Shown in pieces: positions 18,824 through 29,962 of a DNA stretch of 64,000 nucleotides. How positions within the stretch are numbered: the stretch's first letter is position 1; every line of letters starts with the position of its first letter. Source of the stretch: Terriglobia bacterium (GTDB taxonomy: Bacteria; Acidobacteriota; Terriglobia; Terriglobales; Acidobacteriaceae); assembly GCA_963824835.1 (NCBI GenBank), contig CAWGRA010000007.1:70464-134463 (forward strand). The letters run 5' to 3'. The notes below the pieces were generated by a model. The model ran no database searches. It was not told where the DNA came from and saw only the letters and a list, made by a program, of their open reading frames with translations. Both the position numbers and the translations under genes were made by a program.

Positions 18824-20433
18824 ATGGCACCCAAGAAATTAGGAATTTTCTCCTCCGCAACCATCATCGTTGCGGGTTTGGCAGTTGCGGTTATCTTCTT
18901 CGCACGCCACCCGCAGTTGATGTCTCAGACAAAGGTTTCAGCAGCCCAAAGTACAACCGGTTCCACGCAGAACGGAACATCCGCAGCCCAGCCAGGAAAC
19001 GCAACTTCAGCGGCATCAGCAAATTCCGCCACAGCGGGCGCCGTACCAGCCCAGCCACTGCCGCCCGGAACGATTACCCATGAAGCCAAGGCACTCACCA
19101 CCGCCACGTTTCTGGCACGCCAGCATCTGACCGAGTCAAAATACATGACGGTGGCCGATTATGTGGCTGCGATCGCCGCAGGCCAACAACGGCAAAACGA
19201 GTTTCAAAAAGGGTGAGACGGTCTTCATCCCGGGGATTGAGCCGCAGCCCATTGTGGAGAAGAGCCGGCCCTATCCGAAAGAGACCGAGCTGCGCGCCAT
19301 TTACCTGACTGGCGGAACCGCCGGCAGCGCCAAGGGAATGCAGATTGTCCAGCACTGGCATGAAGCGGGTGGCAATGCCGTGGTATTTGATATCAAGGAC
19401 AGTGACGGCAGCATCAACGTTCCTTTTGAACATCCTCTGGCGCGCAAGGTCACTCACCACGCGATCACGAACCTGCCCAAGTACGTGCGTTACCTGCACT
19501 CACTCGATATGCACGTCATCGCGCGACAGGCGCTGTTCCGGGATGACAATATTGCCCAGAACCACAGCGCACTGGCCGTCCAGAGCCGCAGCATGCACAA
19601 GCCATGGCTGGAGAACGGCAAGCTGGTGTGGTCTGACTCATCCAACAAAGAGGTGCAGGACTACAACATCGCCCTGGCAAAGTACGTAGCAGCATCCGGA
19701 GTGGATGAAATTCAGTTTGATTATGTCCGCTTCCCTGCTGAAGGCAATCAGGCGGACGCGCAGTTCGATTTTCAGAAAGATCCCAAACTGCACCGGGATG
19801 ACGTGATCGCAAATTTCCTGGAGCGCGCCTATGACCCAGTTGCACCCGATGGGCGTACTGGTCTCACTGGACGTTTTTGGCGTGATGGCGTGGCAGCGCC
19901 AGGTTGACATGGCCCATACCGGCCAGGACATCGTGAAGATGGCGAAGCACTCTGACGTGATCTCGCCCATGATCTATCCTTCGCACTTCTTCGGAATGGA
20001 CGGCTATGACCACCCGGGTGACGCGCCGGAACACTTCATCGGCGTTTCCATGGACCGGTTTATGAAGGTCACTGCGGGATCCGGCGTGGTTCTTCGTCCC
20101 TGGCTGCAGGCCTTCCACTGGAGAACCAAGACTTACTCTCCGGAATACATCCTGAAACAGGTGGGAACCTCCAGCCAGCATGGCGGAATCGGCTTCCTGT
20201 TCTGGAATGCCGCCAACGACTATTCCAAACCGTTCGCCGCGATGCCGGTGATCATGAAGAACCCGCAAGCAATATCTGCACACACCAGCACCAGCATACG
20301 GTGTGGCGCAGACAACCGTACCGCCACATCCGGCGCAGCCGCTGCGAGATCCGGCGAAAGGCCCTACAGAGCTGCAACCACGGGCGGCCGCGCAGGTAAA
20401 AATCGCCATATCCGGCTGACATTTGTAATGTGA
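18824..20433 (+). CDS. Membrane-anchored putative glycoside hydrolase (DUF4015/GHL-type TIM barrel), about 2 frame corrections; 3' end uncertain
   Basis: N-terminal TM IFSSATIIVAGLAVAVIFF. RAIYLTGGTAGS...GNAVVFDIKDSDG, IARQALFRD, VDEIQFDYVRFP, LSLDVFG, ISPMIYPSHF, GFLFWNAANDY. Confidence 0.6.
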
Positions 20434-20632
20434 CGAGACTGCATATTCGACCCATATTTCAAATGTTGGCCGGAAAATTTCTGTCAGATATAATGTGCTG
20501 TTTGCCCACGGAATCATATCTAATATAAGTGGTATGTCTTAGCCTCGTTCAGCTGCGGGCATGGCATATCTCTGGATTAGAGCAACTGAATCCGAAGCAG
20601 CAAGTTCGGCATATCTGGCAGAAGGAGCCCCC

Positions 20633-21589
20633 ATGGCGATTCAAGCAACCGAGAAGATCTGGCACAACGGAAAATTCATTCCCTGGAAAGACGCCCAGAT
20701 CCATGTGATGTCCCACGTGGTGAACTACGGTTCGTCAGTATTTGAAGGAATCCGTTGCTATGACCAGCCGGAAGGCCCGGCGATTTTCCGGTTGCGTGAG
20801 CACATGCAGAGGCTGCTGGATTCCGCCAAGATTTATCGCATTGAGACCGATTACACTCTGGACCAGCTTTGCGAAGCGGCCTGTGACCTGGTGGCGACCA
20901 ACGGTGTCTGGCCCTGCTACCTGCGTCCGATCATCATGCGCGGCTACGGTGAAGCCGGCGTAAACCCGTTCAACTCGCCCACAGACGTCTACATGACCAA
21001 CTATCCCTGGGGCAAATACCTGGGCAAAGGCGACGTGAGCGAAGGCGTGGAAGCGTGCGTATCGTCATGGTCGCGAATTGCGCCGAATACCATGCCGGCC
21101 ATGTCAAAGGCAGGCGCCAATTACATGAATTCACAGCTCATCAAGATGGAAGCCATTGTGAATGGCTACGTGGAAGGCATTGCCCTGGACGTGAACGGCT
21201 TTGTCAGCGAGGCCTCAGGCGCGAATATCTTCGTGGTCCGCAAAGGCAAGCTGATGACGCCGCCGCTGGGCAATTCAGTACTGCCGGGCATCACCCGCGA
21301 CTCTCTGCTCACGCTGGCTGAAGATCTGGGAATTCCGGTGGCAGAGCAGATAATCCCGCGCGAGATGCTCTATATCGCCGACGAAGTTTTCTTCTGCGGC
21401 ACTGCCTCTGAAATAACTCCCATCAAGTCCATCGACAAGATCAGCGTCAACGGTGGAAAGACCGGGCCGGTAACTCTTGCCCTGCAGCATGAGTTCTTCA
21501 ACATTGTTTATGGCAAAGAAAAGGACCGCCACAACTGGTTCAGCCGCGTCCCGGTAAAAGACCGGCACAAGCAGCCGGTTGGCGTTTAA
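20633..21589 (+). CDS. ilvE: Branched-chain amino acid aminotransferase
   Basis: GAAGGAG RBS, then MAIQATEKIWHNGKFIPWKDAQIHVMSHVVNYGSSVFEGIRCY...GANYMNSQL...GITRDS...EVFFCGTASEITPI. Confidence 0.9.
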   Translation: MAIQATEKIWHNGKFIPWKDAQIHVMSHVVNYGSSVFEGIRCYDQPEGPAIFRLREHMQRLLDSAKIYRIETDYTLDQLCEAACDLVATNGVWPCYLRPIIMRGYGEAGVNPFNSPTDVYMTNYPWGKYLGKGDVSEGVEACVSSWSRIAPNTMPAMSKAGANYMNSQLIKMEAIVNGYVEGIALDVNGFVSEASGANIFVVRKGKLMTPPLGNSVLPGITRDSLLTLAEDLGIPVAEQIIPREMLYIADEVFFCGTASEITPIKSIDKISVNGGKTGPVTLALQHEFFNIVYGKEKDRHNWFSRVPVKDRHKQPVGV

Positions 21590-21607
21590 AGAATTCGGGG
21601 TCAATGG

Positions 21608-21636
21608 AAGGCGCGCTTCGGCGCGCCTTTTCTTTT
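21608..21636 (+). terminator. Rho-independent terminator after ilvE
   Basis: aaggcgcgc-ttcg-gcgcgcctt followed by ttcttttg. Confidence 0.8.
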
Positions 21637-21725
21637 GCCAGTCTCGTTTTGTATTCCTGGGCTTTCCGCCCTCACAAACATGCTCTGCCTTCTCAGCATC
21701 AAATAGAGGTGATCCGGAGGCGAGC

Positions 21726-22646
21726 ATGAAGGTTGGGATTGTGGGAGCTGGAGCGGTTGGAGCCGCATGTCTTACATCACTGATCACGCGAGGCGTGTCA
21801 TGTGAAGTGGTAATGGTGAATCGCAATCGCAAGCGGGCGGACGGCCTGATCACAGACGTCCAATATGGAGCGTCACTGCAACCGCACGTGAGGTTGCGGG
21901 CAGGCGATTACGCTGATCTGAAAGGCGCAGCGCTGGTGATGATTACTGCCGGAGTGAATGAAAAAGAAGGCGGCGCCACAGACCGCAGCGATCCTAAAGG
22001 CCGCCTGAAATTGCTTCAGACGAATGCAAAGGCTTACGGGGAGATTGTTCCGCAGATTACTCAGGCGGCCCCCAAATCAGTGATTCTGGTGGTGACCGAC
22101 CCTCCGGACCCACTGGCCGATCTCACTCTGGGCCTGGGACATAAAACAGTTTTGAGTACCGGCACATATCTTGATTCACTGCGCTTCCGTTTTCATCTGG
22201 CCAGGCGATTTCAAGTGAATCCGGAAAGCGTGGAAGCCATGGTGGTGGGTGAACATGGCACGTCACAGGTGTTCCTGTGGTCTTCGGCGCGCATTGGAGG
22301 CCGGCCGATCTCAGCGATCGCAAAAGAGAACGGCATGAGCTTCAATCAGTTCAAAACAGAGATTGAGAAGGAAGTGCGCTACGCGAACATTACGATCATC
22401 GAGGGCACGGGAGCCAGCGTGTACGGCATCGGGATGGTTTGTGCACGCATCACAGAGATAATTCTGCGCGACGAGCGCACGGTGATCCCGATTGGCTCAT
22501 TCAACAAAGATTTCGGCGCAACTCTTTCCCTCCCCAGCGTTCTGGGCCGTGACGGCGTAATCAGGATTTTGATGCCGGAGATGTCTGATGAAGAACGCGG
22601 GCTGCTGGAGAAGAGCGCAAAGACGATCAGAGAAGCGGCGGCGTAG
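21726..22646 (+). CDS. L-lactate/malate dehydrogenase family oxidoreductase
   Basis: MKVGIVGAGAVGAA, ITAGV, VVTDPPD, VVGEHGTSQV. The substrate loop (NEKEGGATDRSDPKGRLKLL) is longer than in typical LDH. Confidence 0.8.
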   Translation: MKVGIVGAGAVGAACLTSLITRGVSCEVVMVNRNRKRADGLITDVQYGASLQPHVRLRAGDYADLKGAALVMITAGVNEKEGGATDRSDPKGRLKLLQTNAKAYGEIVPQITQAAPKSVILVVTDPPDPLADLTLGLGHKTVLSTGTYLDSLRFRFHLARRFQVNPESVEAMVVGEHGTSQVFLWSSARIGGRPISAIAKENGMSFNQFKTEIEKEVRYANITIIEGTGASVYGIGMVCARITEIILRDERTVIPIGSFNKDFGATLSLPSVLGRDGVIRILMPEMSDEERGLLEKSAKTIREAAA

Positions 22647-22671
22647 ACAGCAAATCAGGCCAACTAAAGTG

Positions 22672-23170
22672 CTATTTCAGGCTTACCGTGGACCAGTATG
22701 ATGCTTGCGGGGGAACGGGGAAATTTCCATTCTGGAGCTTCTCCGCCATGCATTCACTCATGCTGGAGTCGAGGCTAGGGTAGATTTTTTCGACGGCGCC
22801 GGTTTTTCCAATCTGGATCACCATCTTGAAGGGAACATAGGTTGAGTCGCCGGTAACGAAGACGCACTGCTGGACAGTAAATGAATAGTCATGCACAAAG
22901 GCTTTGGCGACCTGATCAGAATAGTTGCGACCTTCCGGCGTCATCAGATTGCTGTCTGCCATCTTCATGGCAGCCTCAACTCTTTTGCCTTTGGCAAAAA
23001 TACTCGCATCTTGCCTTGTGCTGATCATATTCTTCCTTCGAGGGCCAGACAATCGGATCCCTCTCGCCATTCAGATGATTGAAGATTTCGTTCTGAAAAT
23101 TCCCAGTCTCTGCCCGCGGCCAATCTGGCCATCTGGCTCTCGGCGTAACCTGCGTCTCCGTACAGCTCAT
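22672..23170 (-). CDS. Hypothetical protein (one frame correction near 23010)
   Basis: ORF 22672-23070 plus an upstream in-line segment starting MSCTETQV. No family recognised. Confidence 0.35.
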
Positions 23171-23207
23171 GTTGCACCAGATAACCTCGTTTGATCCTCG
23201 GCCAGCG

Positions 23208-24575
23208 TTATCCCACGCGGGCCTTCGGTTGTTCTGCCGGCTTACTTGCTTCCGCTTCTGCATCGCCAGTGATGAGCGCGCGCTATGGTTGTAAGTCAGA
23301 TACGACCATGCCCATTCCGTCATCACCAGCAGGCGATTGCGGAAGCCGATCAGGAAAAAGAGATGGATGAAGAGCCATGACAGCCAGGCAAAGTAACCGG
23401 AGATGTGAAAGCGTCCGAAGTCGGCGACGGCGTGTGACCGACCGATGGTGGCCAGACTGCCTTTGTCCCAGTATTCGAAAGGCTCGCGGGGCTGGCCTTT
23501 AAGAATGCGCTTGATCTGATGGGCCGGCGTACTTTCCCATTTGAATGGCGGCCGGCGCCACGCCGGGAACAAGCTTGCCATTTTTCATGTCGGAAGCTGC
23601 CAGATCGCCGACGACGAAGACCTCAGGATGGCCGGGGATGGTCAGATCGGGTTCCACAAGCACTCGTCCGGCCCGGTCCGTGGGAGCACCCAGCATCTTT
23701 CCCAGAGGCGATGCCGAAACTCCGGCGCCCCAGAGAATCACCGCAGCAGGAATTTTTTCCTGGCCAACCGTGACCACATGATCTTCCACATTGGTAACCA
23801 TGGCGTTGGTGCGGACTTCAACGCCCATCTGGCGTAGCTGCTTTTCGGCGCTGGCGGAAAGGTCTTCGGGATAGGTAGGCAGCACGCGCGGGCCGCCTTC
23901 CAGAAGAATGACTCGCGATCGAGTTGGATCAATGGAACGAAATTCCTCTTCCAGATAGCGGCGCGAAATATCCGAGATGGCTCCGGCAAGTTCAACGCCG
24001 GTAGCGCCCGCGCCGATCACGACAAAGTTGAGCGGCGGTGCGGGACGTCCGGCATAGCCTTCACGTTCTGCCTGCTCAAAAGCCAGCAGTACACGACTGC
24101 GAATCTCGATTGCGTCTTCAATGCTTTTGAGACCTGGAGCAAACTTGGCCCATTCCGGATGTCCGAAGTAGGCATGCGTGGCTCCAGCGGCCAGGATCAG
24201 GTAATCGTATGGCAGGTCAAGAGGCCTGGAATCGCCAGGCCCAGACGAACTGACCATGCGACGGTCAAGATCAAATCCCATGACTTCGCCCAGCAGGACT
24301 TCCGTATTTTCGTCATCCCGCAGGACGTTGCGGATGGGAGAGGCAATTTCCGCTGGAGAAAGCACCGCCAATGCGACCTGATAGAGCAGAGGCTGAAAAG
24401 TGTGGTGATTTCGGCGATCCAGCACCGTAACCCGCACGGGAAGGCCAGCCAGCGCCTTGGCGGCGTTGATTCCGGCAAAACCGGCGCCCACGATTACGAC
24501 TCGAGGTAACTCTCGGTTCTGTGTCATCAGTAACATTGTAGTCTTCCCCGGGCGGCCATACACTGCTGACAGCAA
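23208..24575 (-). CDS. ndh: Type II NADH:quinone oxidoreductase (NDH-2), about 2 frame corrections at the 3' end
   Basis: RVVIVGAGFAGINAA, HHTFQPLLYQVA, FVVIGAGATGVELAG, VFVVGD. C-terminal membrane helix FAWLSWLFIHLFFLIGFRNR. Confidence 0.85.
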
Positions 24576-24766
24576 ATGGCTTAGCCCAGCGACTCAGGGC
24601 CAAGCCGAACCGGGCAGGTTGTCTAAAGCGTTAACAGTGCGCTTATTGCATTCAGCAGCAATGCTGATTGCTTTGGCCTGCACCGCGTGATAGGTTGCAG
24701 CGAAATAACCCAGGTTTCACGGTAAAAAGCGGCAGAATTCGGCATTTTCCAAGGTAAGAGCGCATT

Positions 24767-25894
24767 ATGCATATTGATGATTTGCTTCGCATCGCGATGG
24801 AGCGCAAGTCTTCTGACTTGCACTTAAAGGTCGGCAACTACCCGCATGTCCGTGTGGACGGCGAACTCGTGCCACTGACCGACCAGCCAAGAATTTCCGC
24901 CGAAGACATGTTGAACATGGCTTTCAGCATGATGTCTAACCGGCAAAAGCAGAAATTCAAGGAATCAGCCGAACTTGATATGGCCTATGGCGTGGCCGGA
25001 CTGGGACGCTTCCGTGTGAACGTGTTCCAGCAGCGCGGCAACGTTGGCCTGGTGCTTCGCGTGATTCCCACCAAGATTCGCGCCCTGGAAGAGCTGTACC
25101 TGCCCAAGGTGATTGAGCACATCTGCGAAGAAGCCCGCGGACTGTGCCTGGTCACGGGCGTGACCGGTTCAGGTAAGTCAACCACGCTGGCCGCCATGCT
25201 GGACAGGATCAATTCGAGCCGTCCGGAACACATCATGACGATCGAAGATCCGATCGAATTTCTGCATCGCGATAAAAAAGGTTTCGTCAATCAGCGCGAA
25301 GTGGAAGTGGATACGCCCTCATTCGCGTCGGCGCTGCGCGCCAGTCTGCGTCAGGATCCTGACGTAATTCTGGTGGGCGAAATGCGCGATCTGGAGACGA
25401 TCTCCACCGCGCTGCACGCCGCTGAAACCGGTCACCTGGTGTTCTCCACGTTGCACACCTTGGACGCCGTGGAAACCATCAACCGTATCATCGCCGTGTT
25501 TCCACCGCCGGAACAGAAACAGGTCCGTATGCAGTTGGGCGCAACGCTGCGAGCCGTTATCAGTCAACGACTGGTAAAACGCGCCGACGGCGCCGGCCGC
25601 GTACCCGCTTGCGAAGTGCTTATCTCTACGGCATTCGTTCGCGAGTGCATCATGGTCCCGGAAAAGACACGACTGATTCATGAAGCCATTGCCGCCGGTA
25701 CTTCCCAATACGGCATGCAGACGTTCGACCAGTCACTCTACGATCTTTATTCGCAGGGGCTGGTCAGCTATGAAACAGCGCTTGAAAACGCCAGCAATCC
25801 AGACGACTTCAAACTCAAGGTCCAGGGCATACACTCCACGGCCGATGCGGCCCGCGAGCAGATGGAACAGGCTGGATTCAGCACGGGAAGATAA
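24767..25894 (+). CDS. pilT: Type IV pilus retraction ATPase PilT
   Basis: Intact, 375 aa. GLCLVTGVTGSGKSTT, ILVGEMRDLETI, AAETGHLVFSTLHT, and the AIRNLIRE-equivalent region. Confidence 0.9.
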   Translation: MHIDDLLRIAMERKSSDLHLKVGNYPHVRVDGELVPLTDQPRISAEDMLNMAFSMMSNRQKQKFKESAELDMAYGVAGLGRFRVNVFQQRGNVGLVLRVIPTKIRALEELYLPKVIEHICEEARGLCLVTGVTGSGKSTTLAAMLDRINSSRPEHIMTIEDPIEFLHRDKKGFVNQREVEVDTPSFASALRASLRQDPDVILVGEMRDLETISTALHAAETGHLVFSTLHTLDAVETINRIIAVFPPPEQKQVRMQLGATLRAVISQRLVKRADGAGRVPACEVLISTAFVRECIMVPEKTRLIHEAIAAGTSQYGMQTFDQSLYDLYSQGLVSYETALENASNPDDFKLKVQGIHSTADAAREQMEQAGFSTGR

Positions 25895-25903
25895 AACCGC
25901 CGA

Positions 25904-25930
25904 CCACAAACCACAAAGGGCCACGAGGAG
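25904..25930. repeat. CCACAAA / CCACAAAGGG / CCACGAGGAG tandem units after the pilT stop
   Basis: Read directly. Same unit family as 31-59 and 46236-46266. Confidence 0.7.
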
Positions 25931-26063
25931 TTATGACGACACAGAAGCTTGCGGCATAGTACGCATTCTGAAGATCGCGATGTAAGGCTGAAGCCCTTTT
26001 CCTCATGTTTTGGGGTTTTCATCCTTCTCCTGGTAGAAACGATTTCCAACGCTGCTGCATGCA

Positions 26064-26702
26064 ATGCCTTCGCTTTTGTTCTCCCTCTGCTATGCTTCTC
26101 GTCGTGGCATTCAAACGCGGCAGGTCATCGAAGATGAAGCAGCGCTCTACGACTATGCTGTGGGCGCGCTGGGACGCCGGATGCGCAGCGTGGCGGAGTT
26201 GAAGAGGCTGTTGCGCGGACGCGTCCCGCAAGGCGAACTGGGCACCGTGCTGGTTGAGATGGTGATTCTGCGCCTGAAAGAACAGAAGTATCTCAATGAC
26301 TCCAGCTATGCCGCGGCCTACACGTCATTCCGCAAAGAAAATGAGAAGTTCGGCCCACGCAGGGTGATCACCGATCTAAAAGTCAAAGGCGTGCACGGTG
26401 ACGTGATCGAAAAAGCCGTGGGTGAGGCCTATGCGGGGGTGGACGAGCAGGAACAGGCGCGCGCCTTCCTGCGGCGCAAGCGATTGAAAGAGCCGCAGAA
26501 TGAAAAAGATGCGGCACGAATATTTCGATCGCTCATGCGAGCCGGATTCAGCGCGGGCGTGATCATCAAAATACTGAAAAACTGGAATGTGGATGAAGAG
26601 ATGCTGAGCGCCTTGCAACATCAGGAAGAAGATCCACAATGCTGCCACGTGAGGAGTAACGGATCAGGCGGGAAAACGGTGACAACCCAGAAGTTGGCAT
26701 AG
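26064..26702 (+). CDS. recX: Recombination regulator RecX (3' end uncertain; overlaps the convergent gene)
   Basis: ALYDYAVGALGRRMRSVAELKRLL...LKEQKYLNDSSYAAAYTSF...RRVITDLKVKGV. Three-repeat helical pattern. Confidence 0.75.
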   Translation: MPSLLFSLCYASRRGIQTRQVIEDEAALYDYAVGALGRRMRSVAELKRLLRGRVPQGELGTVLVEMVILRLKEQKYLNDSSYAAAYTSFRKENEKFGPRRVITDLKVKGVHGDVIEKAVGEAYAGVDEQEQARAFLRRKRLKEPQNEKDAARIFRSLMRAGFSAGVIIKILKNWNVDEEMLSALQHQEEDPQCCHVRSNGSGGKTVTTQKLA

Positions 26703-27464
26703 CCGTGTTGCTGGTCTGGACTGAAACAGACGCCCAGATTCACTCGTTGCTGGCGTTTTCGAAAACAAGATGATCCGCTTAGCTGCTCAGGCATCTGAGT
26801 GGGTTCTGAAAGCGTAAACAGAAACACACGACCGGCATTCCCGTTGATTCCCGCAGCCACGCTCTGCACATCGCCTTTGGCTGAACAAGCCAGAGAGCTC
26901 AAATGCGAATCAAAGTGGGCGTCCAGGGGCCTGATTCCCTTCTGCTTGCGTGCATGATTAAACGCGCCAATGAAAGCCTGACCGAAGTCGACGTCGTTAT
27001 AAACAGGGATGGCCCAGGCAAAATCCTGTGTGACCCACAACCGGCCTTTCGCTTCAAACACGCCAATCCCAACCGAGTTGTAGCGCGGGTTCATGATGTT
27101 GGCTCTGTGTCCGGGAGATAGCATCAGGGCCATGTGCGACTTCTTCCGGGGCGTCAGCGACAGCGACATTCTCGGCGGAATCAGTGAAGCGCAAGCCAGT
27201 GGCGGCAATGCGTTGCGGAACTGCTTCTTCCCTTTCGAATTGATGCGACAGGTCGCCATGCTGGGCGAGGAGCCGAGAATGTTTGCGTGCGGCCATCGGC
27301 GGCCTGACCGTTCCATTTAAGCGGCGGAAGCTTTCTGCAGCTCGTTCATGGTTGAGGAGATCGAAGAAGTTTTTGCTCGGCAGGCGAGGGGTAGCGGCGA
27401 TTGAGCGCGCGGGTAGTCCCAGCAGGAAGAAGAAGGAGAATGATGGATGCAAAATGGGTTTCAT
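26621..27464 (-). CDS. Secreted CAP/SCP/PR-1 domain protein A with a C-terminal extension domain (at least 2 frame corrections)
   Basis: Signal MKPILHPSFSFFFLLGLPARS. LLNHERAA, HSRLLAQHGDLSHQF, AENVA, MLSPGHRANIMNPRYNSVGIGV...LWVTQDF. Confidence 0.7.
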
Positions 27465-27484
27465 GAAAAGAGCGGATTGTATGA

Positions 27485-27589
27485 CCTCAGGGGCTAAAGC
27501 CCCAGAGGCTCGTCTTCGCGATCCGTTTACCCCAGACCTTCCGGTCTGGGCCAACTCGGGGCTAAATCCTTTCGCTGCCTCCGGCGCTT
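27485..27589 (+). repeat. REP-like elements: hairpin 27485-27508, then hairpin cccagacc-ttcc-ggtctggg plus CCAAC and a conserved tail
   Basis: 27531-27589 aligns with 47968-48025 and with the reconstructed empty site of IS481 copy B. Confidence 0.7.
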
Positions 27590-27678
27590 TGTGCTTGGTC
27601 AGCCCTAATTGCCAGTTGGTAGCAAGGACCTGCTAGCATGTGCCTATATGTCCAATTTCTCAATTCGGACCGGCACGT

Positions 27679-28636
27679 TCAATTAGACACCGGAAAGAAG
27701 GCCGCCACCACCCAATAGGTTGAAAATCCTCCGTTGCCGCCTTGCTTGAAGCAGACACCAACATCCATGCGGTGAAGAGTCTTGTCAGCCGCGGCGCGCT
27801 GCATGGTAACCGGAAGCTTATCGGGTTGCGCAGTGGTAAAGACCGCCAGGTCAGTGGCGCCGGGAGTGCCATCGAGAATCTTCTGTGCGTTCAGGTTGGC
27901 GGTGCAGGCCACTTTCTGCAAACGCGCGTCAGTCGCGTACGTTCATGGGCGGAAGTCCTTTTTGACTTCCAAGCTGGTTGAAGGCTGCGATGAGCTGGCG
28001 ATCAAACTGGTCATTGCTGACGGTTTCAACCTTGCGGGAAAAATCCTGAGTGATATAAAGCTCGTCACCACGCGGAACGATTGCGATACCAACCGCGTCA
28101 AAGTCCGGCCGGAGGATATTCTCGCGATGATGCGGCGAGTTCATGAAACCATTGTGCGCCACGTCAACGTCCGGCGCGTAGCCGACGTTTTCTCCCACTG
28201 AGCTGAAGCGGCTCCCGCGGCTCCGGCACGTTTTGTGAGATCGGGTTCGCCCATGAACTGGTGTGAGAGGCTGTGATGCTGGGCAAGAAGTTTGGAATGA
28301 GCGCGCGCAGCATCGGCCAGGCTCTTTGTCCCACGTGAGCGGCTTCAGACCCGCGGTTTCACGCTCCTGGTTGACCAGTTCAAGCAATCGCTGTTCGTTT
28401 TGGATGGAAGATCGCTTTTCTGCCCGAAACAACGTGTCGAGATAAGAGCGACGGAAGGAATAGCGCGGGAATGGTGCAGCTTTCGACTGCGACCATGCCG
28501 CAGGCCGGAAAGCAAACGATCGCCAAAACGAGGTATCCGCCGTGAACTCATCATCTGTAGCTCGGCACCAATCAATTCGCAATTTCGTCACTGAGCCGAT
28601 GGTTTCAATATCGTGTTGCCGGTAGTGATGGACCAA
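27679..28636 (-). CDS. CAP/SCP/PR-1 domain protein B, paralog of A (at least 3 frame corrections)
   Basis: LVNQERETAGLKPLTWDK, GENVGYAPDVDVAHNGFMNSPHHRENILRPDFDAVGIAIV...LYITQDF. C-terminal domain ends YWVVAAFFP like paralog A (FWVVTVFP). Confidence 0.7.
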
Positions 28637-28827
28637 TTGATCGTAAATGACAGCACAATTCCCGGAGCAACAGTCACTCCCAGGAATGACCAGAACTCAG
28701 GTAGCCTCATAAGAATGAACGCTAGCAAGCCAATGGTAAAAATGGTCCCGGCAATACCACCATAAAACTGAATCTTATGCATGGTGATACCAGGATGCCA
28801 TTTTGCGTTGCGAAATCTGCGTTCCAT
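28588..28827 (-). CDS. Small two-TM membrane ORF, possibly the N-terminal anchor of CAP protein B
   Basis: FYGGIAGTIFTIGLLAFILM and FLGVTVAPGIVLSFTI. It overlaps the 5' end of 27929-28636 in another frame. Confidence 0.35.
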   Translation of the reverse strand: MERRFRNAKWHPGITMHKIQFYGGIAGTIFTIGLLAFILMRLPEFWSFLGVTVAPGIVLSFTINWSITTGNTILKPSAQ

Positions 28828-28853
28828 GGCGTGCCTCCTTGCAATGTAGCTGG

Positions 28854-29548
28854 TTAAATATTACTCCCACTTCCTGAGGTCAAAGCACCTCTTTTTGCCT
28901 TCAACTCGCCCAGGATGCGGTTTACCTGGTCTTCTTTTTCGAGTTTGGCAAAACGATCTTCAACGCTGGTGGCGCTCTCAAGCATTTCTGTCTTGGCCTG
29001 TCCGATAGCTGATTCACGCATGACCTTGTTCTTCATGCGATCAAACGCAGCGCCGGCGATCGGTGCCGTTGATAACGGTGTGCGCATCGGCAGCGCGATC
29101 CATGGTCCGGGCACGGCGATGTTCAGCGATCAGCATCTGGCTGCGGCCGCGGGCTTCCTCCAGCTTCTGCTGAAGCTTGTGCAGGGCCGTCTTGAGCGTA
29201 TCCACCTGGGAGCGCTGATCGATCACCTGCTGGGCAAAGCTTTCCGTCAATTGCTGGGCCGTGAGAGAGCGCTCAATGGCAGCGCGGGCCAGATCTTCAT
29301 GTCCTTTATCCAGGGCCAGTTCGGCCTTGCGCGCCCCAATCGGCGATTTTATCTTCGTTCTCTTTTTGTTTCTTTTCCAGCAGGTGCTGATCGGCAATGG
29401 CGATGGCCACTTGTGTCTTCACCTGGAGAAGCTGGTTTTCCATGTCAAGAATGATCTGCTTGATCATCTTTTCCGGATGCTCCGCTTTGTCAATGAGATC
29501 ATTGAGGTTTGCTTTCAGTAAAGTTGCAACTCGTTCGAGCAATGCCAT
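28854..29548 (-). CDS. pspA: PspA/IM30 family protein (about 2-3 frame corrections)
   Basis: MALLERVATLLKANLNDLIDKAEHPEKMIKQIILDMENQLLQVK...LARAAIERSL...LKTALHKLQQKLEEARGR...DRFAKLEKEDQV. Confidence 0.85.
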
Positions 29549-29572
29549 AAGTGCCTCCAGACAATATTTTGC

Positions 29573-29962
29573 TTACCTTCCAATAAAACCCCGCCACGTC
29601 ACCACGGGCAGGAACGAACTTTGAATGTCGATGGTCAGGGCCGCTATCAGACCAAACAAGAGCAGCATGGGAAGAATCACGCCAAGCGGCTGAAAGCGGG
29701 ATTCTTCAGGACTGTCATTAATCAACTGCCAGAATGCCGATGCGACAGCGACCTGAACGATAGCGATGAGGATGCTCACGTCCCCAACGCGGGCAACGAG
29801 CCAACTGGACAGCGCAGCCTGTCCAATCACAGCAAGCGGCATCAGCACGCTCGTGGCAATGTCCGGGCGCCCACGTGAAGTTTTGCCGGGCGTGACAATC
29901 AACCGCGCCACCAGCGTCGCTGCCAGAAGCCAGATCAAAACAATCACCACTGAGGGATTCAT
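29573..29962 (-). CDS. Four-TM membrane protein of unknown function
   Basis: 129 aa, hydrophobic segments VVIVLIWLLAATLV, LMPLAVIGQAALSSWLV, ILIAIVQVAVASAFW, ILPMLLLFGLIAALTI. Start overlaps the upstream stop (ATGA). Confidence 0.55.
   Translation of the reverse strand: MNPSVVIVLIWLLAATLVARLIVTPGKTSRGRPDIATSVLMPLAVIGQAALSSWLVARVGDVSILIAIVQVAVASAFWQLINDSPEESRFQPLGVILPMLLLFGLIAALTIDIQSSFLPVVTWRGFIGR

Noticed and set aside
21275-21853. 192-aa minus-strand ORF spanning the ilvE 3' end, the terminator and the ldh-like 5' end
   Set aside because: It crosses a terminator hairpin and two well-supported plus-strand genes. Shadow ORF.
26621-26702. An 82-nt overlap of the convergent recX and CAP-A ORFs as a genuine antisense overlap
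   Set aside because: Alternative frames give earlier stops for both genes (recX ...KKIHNAAT near 26652; CAP-A ...VFPA near 26665). Given the indel load, the overlap is probably a read-through artefact.
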